This document shows, piece after piece, positions 39,660 through 50,178 of a DNA stretch of 64,000 nucleotides. A program made the position numbers and the translations under genes. The stretch covers positions 1 to 64,000 of the forward strand of contig CAVVYR010000014.1 in the NCBI GenBank assembly GCA_963752475.1, in the 5' to 3' direction. This DNA is from an uncultured Chloroflexia bacterium. Its GTDB lineage: Bacteria > Chloroflexota > Limnocylindria > Limnocylindrales > CSP1-4. Each line of letters begins with the position of its first letter. Position 1 is the first letter of the stretch. The notes below the pieces were generated by a model. The model was not told where the DNA came from. It ran no database searches and was given only the letters and a program-made list of their open reading frames with translations.

Positions 39660-40499
39660 TCAGTCCGGCAGGAGCGTGGCCTTCTGGCGCAGCAGGTCCC
39701 AGAAGGGCAACGTCCCCCGTGGCTGGAGGAAGGTGATGGGTCTCTCGGCGGCGGCGATCTCGACCTGGCTGCCGACCTCGAGCGGGACGTCGATGCGACC
39801 GTCGATGCTGAGCAGACAGTCGTAGGCCGCCTCCACGGTGACGGTCACCGCGTGCTGCGGACCGACGACGCTCGAGCGCAGTGGTGTGAGGTAGGCCGCG
39901 ATGGGGGTGACCACCAGGTTGCGGCTGGTGGGCTCGATGATGGGTCCACCCGCGCTGAAGCTGTAGCCGGTGGAGCCGGTGGGCGAGGCCACGACCACGC
40001 CGTCCGAGGTGTAGGTCGCGATGCGCGAGTCGCCGACATCGACCTGCAGGCGCATGACCTGGGCTCGGCCGCCGCGGACCACCGCCGCCTCGTTGAGCGC
40101 GAACTGGGGCTCGCCTACCGCCGCTCCGGTAGCATCACGGACCCGGACCTCGAGCATCAGGCGTGGCTCCAGCTCGTAGTCACCGGACAGCAGCTGAGCC
40201 AGCAGGTCCTCGAGCGAGTGGCTCTCGACCTTGGACAGGAAGCCGACCTTGCCCAGGTTGACGCCGACCAGCGGCACGCCGACATCGGCGACCATCTGCG
40301 CCGCGCGCAGGAACGTCCCGTCACCACCGAGCACGACGAGGGCGTCGGTCGTCTCCAGCGCGCCGGGCTCCTCGGGTGCCTGGTCCGAGGGCAACGCCCA
40401 TGTCTCGAGCCCATGGTCCGCGCACCAGGCCAGTCCGTGGTCCCGCAGCTCGAGGGCCTCGTTCGAGGTGGGGTTGAAGGCGAAGCCGACCCGCTTCAC
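39660..40499 (-). CDS. nadK: NAD kinase
   Basis: LGGDGT, LNE, SPTGSTGYSFSAGG. Confidence 0.94.
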   Translation of the reverse strand: MKRVGFAFNPTSNEALELRDHGLAWCADHGLETWALPSDQAPEEPGALETTDALVVLGGDGTFLRAAQMVADVGVPLVGVNLGKVGFLSKVESHSLEDLLAQLLSGDYELEPRLMLEVRVRDATGAAVGEPQFALNEAAVVRGGRAQVMRLQVDVGDSRIATYTSDGVVVASPTGSTGYSFSAGGPIIEPTSRNLVVTPIAAYLTPLRSSVVGPQHAVTVTVEAAYDCLLSIDGRIDVPLEVGSQVEIAAAERPITFLQPRGTLPFWDLLRQKATLLPD

Positions 40500-41281
40500 G
40501 CGCCCTCCTCCGACGGGACTCGCAGGTGCAGGAAGAACTCGTGGTTCCCGCTGGGGCCGACGAGCACCGATTCCGTCTCGGCCACGACCTCCAGGCCAAG
40601 GCCGAGGGCATGGTCACGTACACGTGCCACGGCCTGAGCGCGGGCGTCCGGATCGCGCACGACGCCCTTGGGCACTTGCGCGGGGCTGAGCTCGAACTGC
40701 GGTTTCACCATGGGCAGGATGTCACCACCGGGGTCGACATGTGCGGCCATGCCGCGCAGCAGTCGAGTGAGCGAGATGAACGAGACGTCGGCGACGACGA
40801 GGCTGGCACGCTCAGGCAACTCCAGCGGATCATCGGAAGCCGGGTCCAGGCGGATGGCATGCGTGCGCTCCATGCTGACGACGCGCGCGTCCTGGCGCAA
40901 CGACTCCGCCAGCTGACCACGGCCCACATCGAGAGCATAGACACGCCTCGCGCCACGCTGCAACAGGCAGTCGCTGAAACCACCGGTGGATGAGCCCACG
41001 TCGAGGCAGACTCGTCCGGACGGGTCCACGCCGAAGGCATCGAGGGCACCGGCCAGCTTCTCCCCGCCTCGCGAGACGTACGGAGGGAGGCTCTCGAGCT
41101 CGATCTCGATGTCCGGCGCGACCTGCTCTCCAGGACGGCGGTCGCGTCGAGCGGCGTCACCGGGCCCGACGCGTACCTGCCCGGCCATGAGCAGCGCCTG
41201 GGCCCGGCTACGCGTGGACACGAGGCCACGCTCCACGATGAGCTGGTCGAGACGGACCTTGCGGGGCTTGGCGGTGTTCAG
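40496..41281 (-). CDS. tlyA: TlyA family RNA methyltransferase (start uncertain)
   Basis: YVSRGGEKL, DVGSSTGGF, DVSFISL, KPQFE. Confidence 0.93.
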   Translation of the reverse strand: MNTAKPRKVRLDQLIVERGLVSTRSRAQALLMAGQVRVGPGDAARRDRRPGEQVAPDIEIELESLPPYVSRGGEKLAGALDAFGVDPSGRVCLDVGSSTGGFSDCLLQRGARRVYALDVGRGQLAESLRQDARVVSMERTHAIRLDPASDDPLELPERASLVVADVSFISLTRLLRGMAAHVDPGGDILPMVKPQFELSPAQVPKGVVRDPDARAQAVARVRDHALGLGLEVVAETESVLVGPSGNHEFFLHLRVPSEEGA

Positions 41282-41285
41282 GCGT

Positions 41286-43265
41286 TCAGGCCTCGACAGC
41301 GATACCCGCGGGCGCCAGGCCATGGATCTCGATGGCCTCGTCGATCTGCTCCTTGATGCCGGACGTGTCGATGCGAACCTGGCGGCGCAGGTCGCTGACC
41401 GAGCCGTGATCGACGAACTTGCCGTCCGGCAGCCCGATACGCTTGACTGGCGCCCGGGCCGCGGCATCATCCGCGTCGGCCAGGACCTCCAGCACGGCCG
41501 CACCGAAGCCTCCGGGCAGCACGCTCTCCTCGAGCGTGACGAGGAGCCTGGCCTTGCGCGCCTGCTCGAGGACGAGCCCGCGGTCGATGGGGCGTGCGAA
41601 TCGCGCATCGACCACTCCGACCGACCAGCCGGCAGCTTCGAGCTCGTCGGCGGCGGAGAGGCCGCGGTCGATGATGGGCCCGAGCCCGATGATCACGATG
41701 TCCGAGCCTTCTCGGATGACCTCTCCCCGACCGACCTCGATGAGCTCCGGCTCCACGGGATCGAGCCCGAAGCCCGCGTCACGCGGATACTGCAGCGCGA
41801 ACGGGTGCTCCTGGGCGAAGGCCGTCCGCAGCAGGCTCCGCAGCTGTTGTTCGTCACGGGGTGCTGCGACCACCAGGTTCGGCAGCTGGCGCAGGGCGGA
41901 GAGCATGAACACGCCCTGGTGGCTGGTGCCGTCCTCGCCTACGAGCCCGCTGCGGTCGACGCCGATGACCACAGAGGCATCGTTCTGGCAGACGTCGTGA
42001 ACGACCTGGTCGAACGCGCGCTGCATGAACGTGGAGTACAGCGCCACGAACGGTCGCTGCCCCGCAAGCGCCTGGCCGGCGGCCATGGTCATGGCGTGCT
42101 GCTCGGCGATCCCGACGTCGTAGGTGCGATGCGGGAAGCGCTCTTCGAAGGCGGCCACACCGGTGCCCGTGGGCATGCCTGCGGTGATGGCCACGACCCG
42201 CTCGTCCTCCTCGGCGATCCGCACGAGCTCGTCCGACATGACGGCCGTGTAGTTGGGCACCTTGCGCTTCATGCGCTCCTCGGCCGGCGGCGCGGCATCG
42301 CCGTCGGGCGGGTTGGCTCCATTGACGGGCACGGCCACGGCCGATTGGTCTGGCATGGGCGGTAGCGCGGCGCCGTGGAAGCCGACCTTGTCCGCTTCCG
42401 CCGGGCGATAGCCGTAGCCCTTGCGCGTGCGCACGTGGACGATGATCGGCGACTCCTCCTCCTGGAGGGCCTTGCGGATGACCGAATCGAGGGTCACGAG
42501 GTCGTGGCCCGGGACGGGGCCGACGTAGGTCACGCCCAGATCCTCGAAGAGGCGACCGGGCTGGCTCAGGTCCACGACCGCATGGCGCAGACGCCGTGAC
42601 CATTCGAGCAGGAACGAGCCGATGCGCGGGATGCGCGCGATGTCGCTGTCGAAGCGGCGGCGCGAACGGCGCCAATGGCGGGAGAGCTTGATGCGCGAGA
42701 GATACTGGCTGACCGCACCGACCGACGGGCTGATGCTCATCTCGTTGTCGTTGAGCAGGATGAGCATGCGCGTCTTGCGGTGGCCGATGTCGTTGAGGGC
42801 TTCGAGCGAGAGGCCGCTCATGAGCGCAGCGTCCCCGACGACCACGGCGATGTGCTCGTCCCCGCCGCGGGCGTCACGGGCGAGGGCCAGACCCTCCGCG
42901 ATGCTGATGCCGGTGCCGGCGTGGCCGCCGTCCATGACGTCGTGCTCGGACTCGGAGCGCCGCGGGAAGCCGCCCATGCCACCGAGTTGTCGAAGCGTGC
43001 CGAAGTCGGCGAGCCGACCGGTCAGCAGCTTGTGGGCATAGGCCTGGTGGCCGGTATCCCAGACGATGCGGTCCGTGGGGCTCGAGAGGATGCGGTGGAG
43101 CGCGACGGTCAGCTCGACCACGCCGAGCGAGCTGCCGAGATGGCCGCCGGTGGCAGCCACGGTGTCGATGATCTCGCCACGGATCTCCGAGCACAGCGCC
43201 CGAGCCTCCGAGTGGCTGATGTCCTTGAGGTCCTCCGGTCCGCGGAGTTCGTGCAACGCGACCAT
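41286..43265 (-). CDS. dxs: 1-deoxy-D-xylulose-5-phosphate synthase
   Basis: GGHLGSSLG, DTGHQAY, LNDNEMSI, GIAEQH. Confidence 0.97.
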   Translation of the reverse strand: MVALHELRGPEDLKDISHSEARALCSEIRGEIIDTVAATGGHLGSSLGVVELTVALHRILSSPTDRIVWDTGHQAYAHKLLTGRLADFGTLRQLGGMGGFPRRSESEHDVMDGGHAGTGISIAEGLALARDARGGDEHIAVVVGDAALMSGLSLEALNDIGHRKTRMLILLNDNEMSISPSVGAVSQYLSRIKLSRHWRRSRRRFDSDIARIPRIGSFLLEWSRRLRHAVVDLSQPGRLFEDLGVTYVGPVPGHDLVTLDSVIRKALQEEESPIIVHVRTRKGYGYRPAEADKVGFHGAALPPMPDQSAVAVPVNGANPPDGDAAPPAEERMKRKVPNYTAVMSDELVRIAEEDERVVAITAGMPTGTGVAAFEERFPHRTYDVGIAEQHAMTMAAGQALAGQRPFVALYSTFMQRAFDQVVHDVCQNDASVVIGVDRSGLVGEDGTSHQGVFMLSALRQLPNLVVAAPRDEQQLRSLLRTAFAQEHPFALQYPRDAGFGLDPVEPELIEVGRGEVIREGSDIVIIGLGPIIDRGLSAADELEAAGWSVGVVDARFARPIDRGLVLEQARKARLLVTLEESVLPGGFGAAVLEVLADADDAAARAPVKRIGLPDGKFVDHGSVSDLRRQVRIDTSGIKEQIDEAIEIHGLAPAGIAVEA

Positions 43266-43267
43266 GG

Positions 43268-43567
43268 CTAGATCTCGTCACCGTCTTCGGGGCGCAGGTC
43301 CATCACCTGTGGGGCACCGCCGCCCGCGCCGTCGACGAGGCGCTGCACGCGCAGCTCGGCAGCGTCGAGGAGCGTGCCGCAGTGGTCGTGCAGGGCGGCA
43401 CCACGCTCGTAGAGAGCGATCGACTCCTCCAGCGGCAGCCCGCCCTCCTCGAGCCTGGCGACCACGTCGCGCAGTTCGTCGAGGGCCTTGTCGAAGGTCA
43501 GCGTAGGGATATCTTCTGTGCCGACCGGGTTCACGGCGTCCAGGTCCGGCGTAGGTGTCTTGATCAC
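43268..43567 (-). CDS. xseB: Exonuclease VII small subunit
   Basis: FDKALDEL, LPLEESIALYERG. Confidence 0.92.
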   Translation of the reverse strand: MIKTPTPDLDAVNPVGTEDIPTLTFDKALDELRDVVARLEEGGLPLEESIALYERGAALHDHCGTLLDAAELRVQRLVDGAGGGAPQVMDLRPEDGDEI

Positions 43568-44940
43568 GCCTCCGAGTCTCGCACGGCTTCCACCGAAACG
43601 TCCAACGCACCCGCTGCCAGGCGGACCTCGAGGGCGTCGCCCACGGCAGCCTCGGCGCTGTCGGTCACGATCCGGCCATCGCGCGTGCGCACCAGGGCGT
43701 AACCGCGCTCGAGCGTGGCGAACGGGTTCAACGCCTCGAGTCCGGTGCCGCTGCTGGTGAGCTCTGAGCGTGCGGAAGCGGTGCGCGCGTGCAGCAGGGA
43801 TGGCAGCCGGTCACCGCTACGATCGATGACGGCGCGTCCGGCACTCAACCGGCCGCCCAGGGCTCGGGTAGCCCGGTCCAGCAGCAACCCCAGCGTCTCG
43901 CGCTGCGCCGTCAGGTATGCGCCGGGCCGGAAGGTCTCGAGCGCGCGTCGTTCGGCGGTCAGGGCCGCGCGCGTCGTTCCTACCCGACGCCTGGCGCTGG
44001 TGGCGAGGGCGCCATCGAGTGCCCGCAGTCGCTGATGCTGTGCCGCGCGGTCGGGCACGGCCAGCTCGGCTGCCACCGAGGGCGTGGCCGCACGTCGGTC
44101 GGCCGCGAACTCCGCGAGCGTGACATCGGTCTCGTGACCCACGCCCACGATGATCGGACGCGGATGGGTGGCGATGGCGCGTACCACGGCCTCGTCGTTG
44201 AAGGCCCACAGATCCTCCAGCGATCCGCCACCGCGGGCGACGATGACGACGTCCACGGCGCGGCCGGTGTCCGGGTCGGTCCACCGACCGACTCGGCGGA
44301 GGGCACGCACGATGGTGCGCTCGGCACCCTGGCCCTGGACCTTGCATGCACTCACGACGAGGCGGGCCAGCGGCCAGCGCCGGGCGATGACGCGCCGGAT
44401 GTCGTGGAGGACGGCACCGCTGAGCGAGGTCACCACGCCCACCGTTCGCGGCCACTCGGGCAGCGGGCGCTTGCGCGATCGATCGAACAGGCCCTCAGCC
44501 TGTAGCTGTGCCTTGAGCGCCTCGTAGCGCTGGGCCAGGTCGCCGACACCGGCCGGCTGGAGCGACTCCACGTAGAGCTGGTAGGCGCCCTGCTGCTCGA
44601 AGACATCGATGCGGCCCTGGGCTACGACACGGATGCCCGTGCGTGGCTCGAGCGGGAGCGCCAGGCGTTCATCGCGAAAGACCACGCAGCGCAGCTGCGC
44701 TCGCTCGTCCTTGAGCGTGAAGTAGGCATGGCCGGCCGCGCTGACCGAGACGTTGCCGATCTCGCCCTCGACCCAGACGGGGTTCAGGCGTGGCTGGCGC
44801 CGCAGCGAGTCGCGCACGATGCGATTGACCGCACCCACGGTCAGGACCGTGGGGCCGGCCGGAGTCTCAGGCTCGCGCCGGACCTCCTCGGTCGGTGGTT
44901 CGGGTGGCGGAGGATCGTCCCAGAGGCCGCGCGGCTCCAT
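43564..44940 (-). CDS. xseA: Exonuclease VII large subunit
   Basis: GHAYFTLKD, RGGGSLEDLWAFN, GHETD. Confidence 0.96.
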   Translation of the reverse strand: MEPRGLWDDPPPPEPPTEEVRREPETPAGPTVLTVGAVNRIVRDSLRRQPRLNPVWVEGEIGNVSVSAAGHAYFTLKDERAQLRCVVFRDERLALPLEPRTGIRVVAQGRIDVFEQQGAYQLYVESLQPAGVGDLAQRYEALKAQLQAEGLFDRSRKRPLPEWPRTVGVVTSLSGAVLHDIRRVIARRWPLARLVVSACKVQGQGAERTIVRALRRVGRWTDPDTGRAVDVVIVARGGGSLEDLWAFNDEAVVRAIATHPRPIIVGVGHETDVTLAEFAADRRAATPSVAAELAVPDRAAQHQRLRALDGALATSARRRVGTTRAALTAERRALETFRPGAYLTAQRETLGLLLDRATRALGGRLSAGRAVIDRSGDRLPSLLHARTASARSELTSSGTGLEALNPFATLERGYALVRTRDGRIVTDSAEAAVGDALEVRLAAGALDVSVEAVRDSEA

Positions 44941-44948
44941 GGATACCG

Positions 44949-45506
44949 CTAGACGCGGGTCTGGTACTCGCCAGTGCGGGTGTCGACCTTGATGGTGTCA
45001 CCCTCGTCGATGAAGATCGGCACCTGCACCACGAGCCCGGACTCGAGCGTGGCCGGCTTCTTGGCGCCCGACTGCGTGTCGCCGGCGAATCCGGGTTCGG
45101 TCTCCACGACCTTGAGCTCGACCGAGATGGGCAGCTCCACCCCGATGGTCTCGCTCTCGTAGGTGGTGCGGTCGACGGTCATGCCCTCGATGAGGTACTG
45201 GACCTTGTCGCCCAGCTGGTCGGCCGTGAGGAAGAACTGCTCGTAGGTCTCGTTCTCCATGAAGTGGTAGTCGGAGCCGTCCTGGTACAGGAATTGGACC
45301 GGCCGCGTGTCGAGGACCGCGCGCGGCCACTTGGCTGTGGCCTGGAACGTCTTCTCCACGGTCGAGCCACGCTTGACGTTCTTCAGCTTGATCCGGACCT
45401 GCGCCGACCCGCGGGCGTTCTTGATGTGGTGATACTCGAGGATCTGCCACAGCTCGTTGTCGAGCTCGATGACGATCCCGCGACGCAGGTCACCGGCTGA
45501 GATCAT
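44949..45506 (-). CDS. efp: Elongation factor P
   Basis: KNARGSA, KPATLESG, KVDTRTGEY. Confidence 0.96.
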   Translation of the reverse strand: MISAGDLRRGIVIELDNELWQILEYHHIKNARGSAQVRIKLKNVKRGSTVEKTFQATAKWPRAVLDTRPVQFLYQDGSDYHFMENETYEQFFLTADQLGDKVQYLIEGMTVDRTTYESETIGVELPISVELKVVETEPGFAGDTQSGAKKPATLESGLVVQVPIFIDEGDTIKVDTRTGEYQTRV

Positions 45507-45556
45507 GTTGGCCTTGCTCTCCCTTGGGCTTGGATGGTGTCGTCAGCAGCCGCTGG

Positions 45557-46870
45557 TCAACAGCTCTCGATGTTCCTGTTGTGCTGGTTCGCGGTCTTGG
45601 CGAACTTGTGGGTGTCGGACCCTGGGCACGCATAGAAGAAGAGGTTGCCGCTCTTGGTCGCCGGGTTCAGCGCGGCTCTCATCGAGGCCACGGTGGGCGT
45701 GGCGATGGGCCAGTCGGGCAAGCCCTTGTTCTGGTACGTCTGGAACGACGTGTACTTGGGATCGACCTCGACGGTGCTGTAGTCGCTGAGGCCCAGCAGG
45801 TCCCAGAAGACGTATTCGTCCCACTGCTTGATCCCGAGGTCCTCGAGGGCCATCGAGTCGGTGGCGTAGACGACCGTGGGGTCGGCCTGCATCAGGCCGT
45901 TGGTCTGACCCTTGTAGACCTTCTTGTCCAGCCGGTTCCAGTAGGCGCCGGCGATCTTGGGCCGGTCCTTGCCGACCTTGGCCTCGCGCTCCACGAAGCT
46001 GGCGATGGTGAGCGCGTCGTAGAAGTCCACGCCCTTGTTCCTGGCCTGGTTCACGAACTGGCCCATGCGCTCCTCCCACGTCTGGAGCATCTGGTGCAGG
46101 AGCTCCTCGGCGGTGATGTCCACAGGCACCTCGTAGGTCGCCGGATAGAGGAAGCCCTCGAGGGTGTTGCCGTCCGGGATCTGCTGCAGGAAGGGGTACT
46201 GCTCGCGCAGCTTCTTCGTGGGGTTGCGCGCGAGCCGCTTGAACTCGTTGGGGTCGATCTCGAGATCGATGTCGTCGCGCTCGACCTCCTGCTGGAGGTA
46301 AGCCACGGTCTGCTCGATCCGTCGGCCGGGACGCATATCGAGGGCGATCATGGGCGTGGGCGGGTCAGGGTCGGCCTCGAGTCGCGCGGCGATACCCGCG
46401 GGTGTGATCTGCGGGGTCATGGTGTACGTGCCGGCCTGGATGAGCTCATCCACGCGGTCACGCACGACGGCGTAGTAGAACGCGGATTCGTCGGCCAGCA
46501 GACCGGCATCGACGAGGTTGGACTGGATCTCCGCCACGGTCTGACCCGGCTCCACGACGAACTCGATCTCCCGGTCGCCGGAGCCGGCGGGCGAGTCGAG
46601 TCGATCGGCGAACTCCGCTGCGAGCAGGTCCTGCGCGATGGGTACGTTGACGATGCCGGGGCTGTCCTCGAAGACGCCCACCACGGCCGGTCCGATCATC
46701 GGTCGAGCGGCGTACCAGCCGCCGACGACGATGAGAGCGAGGGCCACGATCACGAAGATGAGGCCCTTGAAGGCGCCTGCGTTGGCATCCTGTTTGTTGT
46801 CCTGGCGCAGCTCCCAGTTCTCGACGATGCCGACGCGGCCGTTGCCGCCCTGCGGTGCAGGTCCGCTCAT
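45557..46870 (-). CDS. mltG: Endolytic transglycosylase MltG
   Basis: LEGFLYPATY, ASFVERE, MQADPTV, GLP..PI. Confidence 0.9.
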   Translation of the reverse strand: MSGPAPQGGNGRVGIVENWELRQDNKQDANAGAFKGLIFVIVALALIVVGGWYAARPMIGPAVVGVFEDSPGIVNVPIAQDLLAAEFADRLDSPAGSGDREIEFVVEPGQTVAEIQSNLVDAGLLADESAFYYAVVRDRVDELIQAGTYTMTPQITPAGIAARLEADPDPPTPMIALDMRPGRRIEQTVAYLQQEVERDDIDLEIDPNEFKRLARNPTKKLREQYPFLQQIPDGNTLEGFLYPATYEVPVDITAEELLHQMLQTWEERMGQFVNQARNKGVDFYDALTIASFVEREAKVGKDRPKIAGAYWNRLDKKVYKGQTNGLMQADPTVVYATDSMALEDLGIKQWDEYVFWDLLGLSDYSTVEVDPKYTSFQTYQNKGLPDWPIATPTVASMRAALNPATKSGNLFFYACPGSDTHKFAKTANQHNRNIESC

Positions 46871-47382
46871 CTGATGACCTCCGATGTGCTTCGTGCGTCG
46901 AGTTCACGCTGAAGGATGTCGGCCGCAGCTTCGCGGTCGATGCGTGCGCGCCAGGCATTGCGGGCCTTGGCAGAGGGGGCGCCGCCGGAACGACCTCGCG
47001 GGGCGCGGCCCATGCGGGACTCGGCCGACAGACTGGTGCGGCGCTCGTCTTGCAGGGTCACCGGCAGACCCACGAGCGGCTCGATCTCGTCGACCCAGGC
47101 GCGGGTGCGCTCGGACTGCTCGCTCTCGCGGCCGTCCGCATGCAGCGGCAGACCGACGACGAGCGCTGCCGCACCGCGCTCACGGCTGATGCGCGCGATG
47201 GACTCGGCGTCCTGTGCAGCAGTACCGCGGCGCAAGGTCAGCAGCGGCTTCACCGTGCTGGTGGAGGTATCGGCGGTGGCGACCCCGATGCGGCGGTCAC
47301 CCAGATCGATGCCCAGGAGCACGGTCACGGGCGCCTCGGCGCGCGGGGGTGCGTGTCGATCGTCATGGGATGCGTTGCTCAC
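46867..47382 (-). CDS. ruvX: YqgF/RuvX nuclease
   Basis: LGIDLGDRRIGVA, VGLP, DERRTS, IDREAAADILQ. Confidence 0.92.
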   Translation of the reverse strand: MSNASHDDRHAPPRAEAPVTVLLGIDLGDRRIGVATADTSTSTVKPLLTLRRGTAAQDAESIARISRERGAAALVVGLPLHADGRESEQSERTRAWVDEIEPLVGLPVTLQDERRTSLSAESRMGRAPRGRSGGAPSAKARNAWRARIDREAAADILQRELDARSTSEVIR

Positions 47383-48890
47383 TCCGTGGTGGATGCCTCT
47401 TCGACGTCCAGCAAGATGCGTTGGCGATCGTCCGGTAGATCGCCGATGAACCCGGGCCACACGTTCACGGTCGTCGGCCCAAGCTCCTCCAGTATGGCCC
47501 GAGCATCAGAAATCGGCAGACCGGCGATCCGGTCGAGCAGGGCATCGACCTCAACGACCGGCACGATCGTGCCCGAGGCGAGCCCCTCGAAGCGGATGAG
47601 CGCACCGTCGACCGTCCCCTCCCCATGCGTGATCGAGACGCTCTCCGAGAGCAGGCGCGCGGCGGCAGGCACCTGCTCGGCGAGGCGCAGGCGGGTGATC
47701 TCGTCCACGAGCGACTCGTCCACCGTGAGCACCTCCGCCTCGATCGCGCCGGTCAACCGAAACGACTCGCTGGTGCTGCCGACCACCTCGTCGGCGGGTG
47801 GCTCGAGGGTCAGCTGACCAGGTTTCGCGGTCTCGGTGAAGACGCTCTGGCCCTCCGGCGCGTTCGCCGGGTCACGCAGGTGTGCCGCAAGGGCGCCGGT
47901 GAGGCGGTTGCGCAGATCGACCGCCGCGGCGTCATAGTCCGCGGCGGTGACCACCGATCGCTCCTCGAAGCGTCCGCCGCGCGTGGCCTCCGGGTTGCTG
48001 ACGCTGATGCCCTGGCTTTCGAGGGAGGGCACGATGCTGATGGCTTCGGCCGGCACGTTGCCCTCGCTGCCGGGCTGGAGCGCTTCGATCGGCGCGACGA
48101 TCGTGGCGGTCGTACCGTCGGCGCGCGGCAACGTCACCGTCTCGGTCGTTTGGAAGCCGACGCCGGCCGGGGTGGTCACGCGCGTAGCGGCGGCGATCTC
48201 CTGGTCGAACTCCTGCTCGGTCGAGGAGAAGACGACCTCACCGGTGGCGAGGGTCTCGACGGTGCTGGTGCCGCTCGCGGGGTACTCGTCCCCGGCGCTC
48301 AACGGGATGGACAGGCTCGAGGCCGGGATGAGGCCGGCCTCGGCATCGAGCTCGTCGGTCCCGGTCGAGGCCGTGACCTCGACCTGTATCGGACCCACTG
48401 CGGCGAGGCGCGGGGTCAGGGTGATCTCCGCGGTCGGCAGCACCTGGGTCACGACGTAACCGGCGACGACGGCCAGGACCAGCACGGCCACGGTCACGAA
48501 GCGCAGGCGCTGACTGCGCCAGCTCAGGGCTCCCGGCTCGGGCGCGGCCTCGACGCCGGCGCTGACGACCGCCGCCGCATCGTCCGCGGGCGCGGTCGGC
48601 TGCGGTACCTCATCGCCTCGCTCCAACGCGGCCTCGGCCTCGTCGGGGGTGCTGGCCGCGAGGACGCCGGCGGAGGTGGCCAGCGCTCGCACCTGCTCGT
48701 CGGGGCTGGCGACGGCCATGGCCAGGTCGCGCGATGCGGCTTCGCGGGCGAGGAGCTTGAAGTTGATGCGACCGGTGGCGATGCGCGAGCCCGGCGGCAC
48801 GACGAAGACGACGGGCCCTGAATCAGCCTTGCGCAGGCGCGCGACGGCGTCAGTGATCTCGTCCTCGTTGTCGAGGTACCAGGTGGTCAT
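47379..48890 (-). CDS. Single-TM protein with baseplate J/gp47-like extracellular domain
   Basis: YLDNEDEIT N-domain, TM, then ATGEVVF...IEALQPGSEGNVPA..I...NPEATRGG. Confidence 0.72.
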   Translation of the reverse strand: MTTWYLDNEDEITDAVARLRKADSGPVVFVVPPGSRIATGRINFKLLAREAASRDLAMAVASPDEQVRALATSAGVLAASTPDEAEAALERGDEVPQPTAPADDAAAVVSAGVEAAPEPGALSWRSQRLRFVTVAVLVLAVVAGYVVTQVLPTAEITLTPRLAAVGPIQVEVTASTGTDELDAEAGLIPASSLSIPLSAGDEYPASGTSTVETLATGEVVFSSTEQEFDQEIAAATRVTTPAGVGFQTTETVTLPRADGTTATIVAPIEALQPGSEGNVPAEAISIVPSLESQGISVSNPEATRGGRFEERSVVTAADYDAAAVDLRNRLTGALAAHLRDPANAPEGQSVFTETAKPGQLTLEPPADEVVGSTSESFRLTGAIEAEVLTVDESLVDEITRLRLAEQVPAAARLLSESVSITHGEGTVDGALIRFEGLASGTIVPVVEVDALLDRIAGLPISDARAILEELGPTTVNVWPGFIGDLPDDRQRILLDVEEASTTE

Positions 48891-48901
48891 CGGGACCCAG
48901 T

Positions 48902-50164
48902 CTAGATGCGCATGCCCTTCAGCACTCGCGCCAGCGCCGCATCCACTGGCTCCTGCGGCTGGGCTGCCTCGACCGCCTGGTAGGCCAGCGCCATCGGCGT
49001 CACATCCTGCTGGTCGATGAGCTGTCCGGTGTCATCGCGGATCTGGCTGACGGTCTCGGGGCCCATCATCGAGACCTGTGGCCGCCGCGCGAAGGGCAGC
49101 CCCGAGGCGAAGCCGTCGGCCTCTAGTGCGTCCCGGATCTGTGGCAGCGCCGAACCGCCGCCGCACAGCTCGATACGTCCCGGCAGCAGTCCCTCCTGGC
49201 CGAATTCCTCCAGCACCAGCTCGACACCGGCGGCCCAGACCGCGATGTCCTCACCGATGATCTCGCCGACCTCGTCGACCGCCTCGAGGTCCTCGCCCTT
49301 GGCGTGAGCGATCTTGACCGACTCGGCGTCATCGAAGCTGAGGTCGAGCCGGTCGGCCAGCGACTTGGTGAAGGCCCGGCCGCCGAGCGCGAACATGCGC
49401 GTGCCTTCGACCGAGCCCGAGCGCACCAACGCCACGTCGGTGGTGCCGCCGCCGACGTCGATGAAGAGCGCGCCCGACTGGCCGACCTGTTCACCGGCGA
49501 TCGAGCGGGCCACGGCGTACGGCTCGGCCACGATCCTGATGAGGTCGAGGCCCATCCGTTCCACGACCGATTCGAGGGCACCGAGATGGACCAGCGGGGC
49601 GTAGGCGTTGAAGACCGAGATGCGCAGGTGCCGGCCCTGGAAGCCGACCGGGTTCGAGACGCCGTAGCCATCGATGCCGGCCGCGGTCACGCTCGCGTGC
49701 ACGAGACGGACGTCGACGTTGGGCAGGCCGGTCTCCCAGGTGATGGTGCGCTGAGCCTCTGCCGCCGCGTCCGCCTCGATCCCCTCCAGCAGCTGCTCGA
49801 GCTCGGAATGCGTGACCGAGCTTTTCGGGCGCCGTCGTTCCACCGTGCGGGTAGTGGTGAAGCCCTTCACCAGCTCCCCGGCGATGCCGATGACGACCTT
49901 CCCAGCGCTGCGACCCGACATCGCTTGGGCTTCGTCAAGCGCGGACTGGCAATTGCGCACCACGGCCGGGATATCGGCCACGGTGCCCGACTGCATGTGC
50001 GCGAGACCCTGGCGCTGACGGCCCACGCCGGTGACGACCGCACCGTCAGCCTGGTATTCGAAGACGAGGGCCTTGGCGTACTCGGTACCGATGTCGAGGG
50101 CGACGTGCGCCGCCGTCGGCGCACCGCCACTCGAGCGATCGAACAGGCGACGCAACAGGGACAT
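48902..50164 (-). CDS. FtsA-like actin-fold ATPase
   Basis: ALDIGTE, AEPYAVA, IDVGGGTTDV, LCGGGS.L. Confidence 0.85.
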   Translation of the reverse strand: MSLLRRLFDRSSGGAPTAAHVALDIGTEYAKALVFEYQADGAVVTGVGRQRQGLAHMQSGTVADIPAVVRNCQSALDEAQAMSGRSAGKVVIGIAGELVKGFTTTRTVERRRPKSSVTHSELEQLLEGIEADAAAEAQRTITWETGLPNVDVRLVHASVTAAGIDGYGVSNPVGFQGRHLRISVFNAYAPLVHLGALESVVERMGLDLIRIVAEPYAVARSIAGEQVGQSGALFIDVGGGTTDVALVRSGSVEGTRMFALGGRAFTKSLADRLDLSFDDAESVKIAHAKGEDLEAVDEVGEIIGEDIAVWAAGVELVLEEFGQEGLLPGRIELCGGGSALPQIRDALEADGFASGLPFARRPQVSMMGPETVSQIRDDTGQLIDQQDVTPMALAYQAVEAAQPQEPVDAALARVLKGMRI

Positions 50165-50178
50165 GGCCCGCTCCGTTC

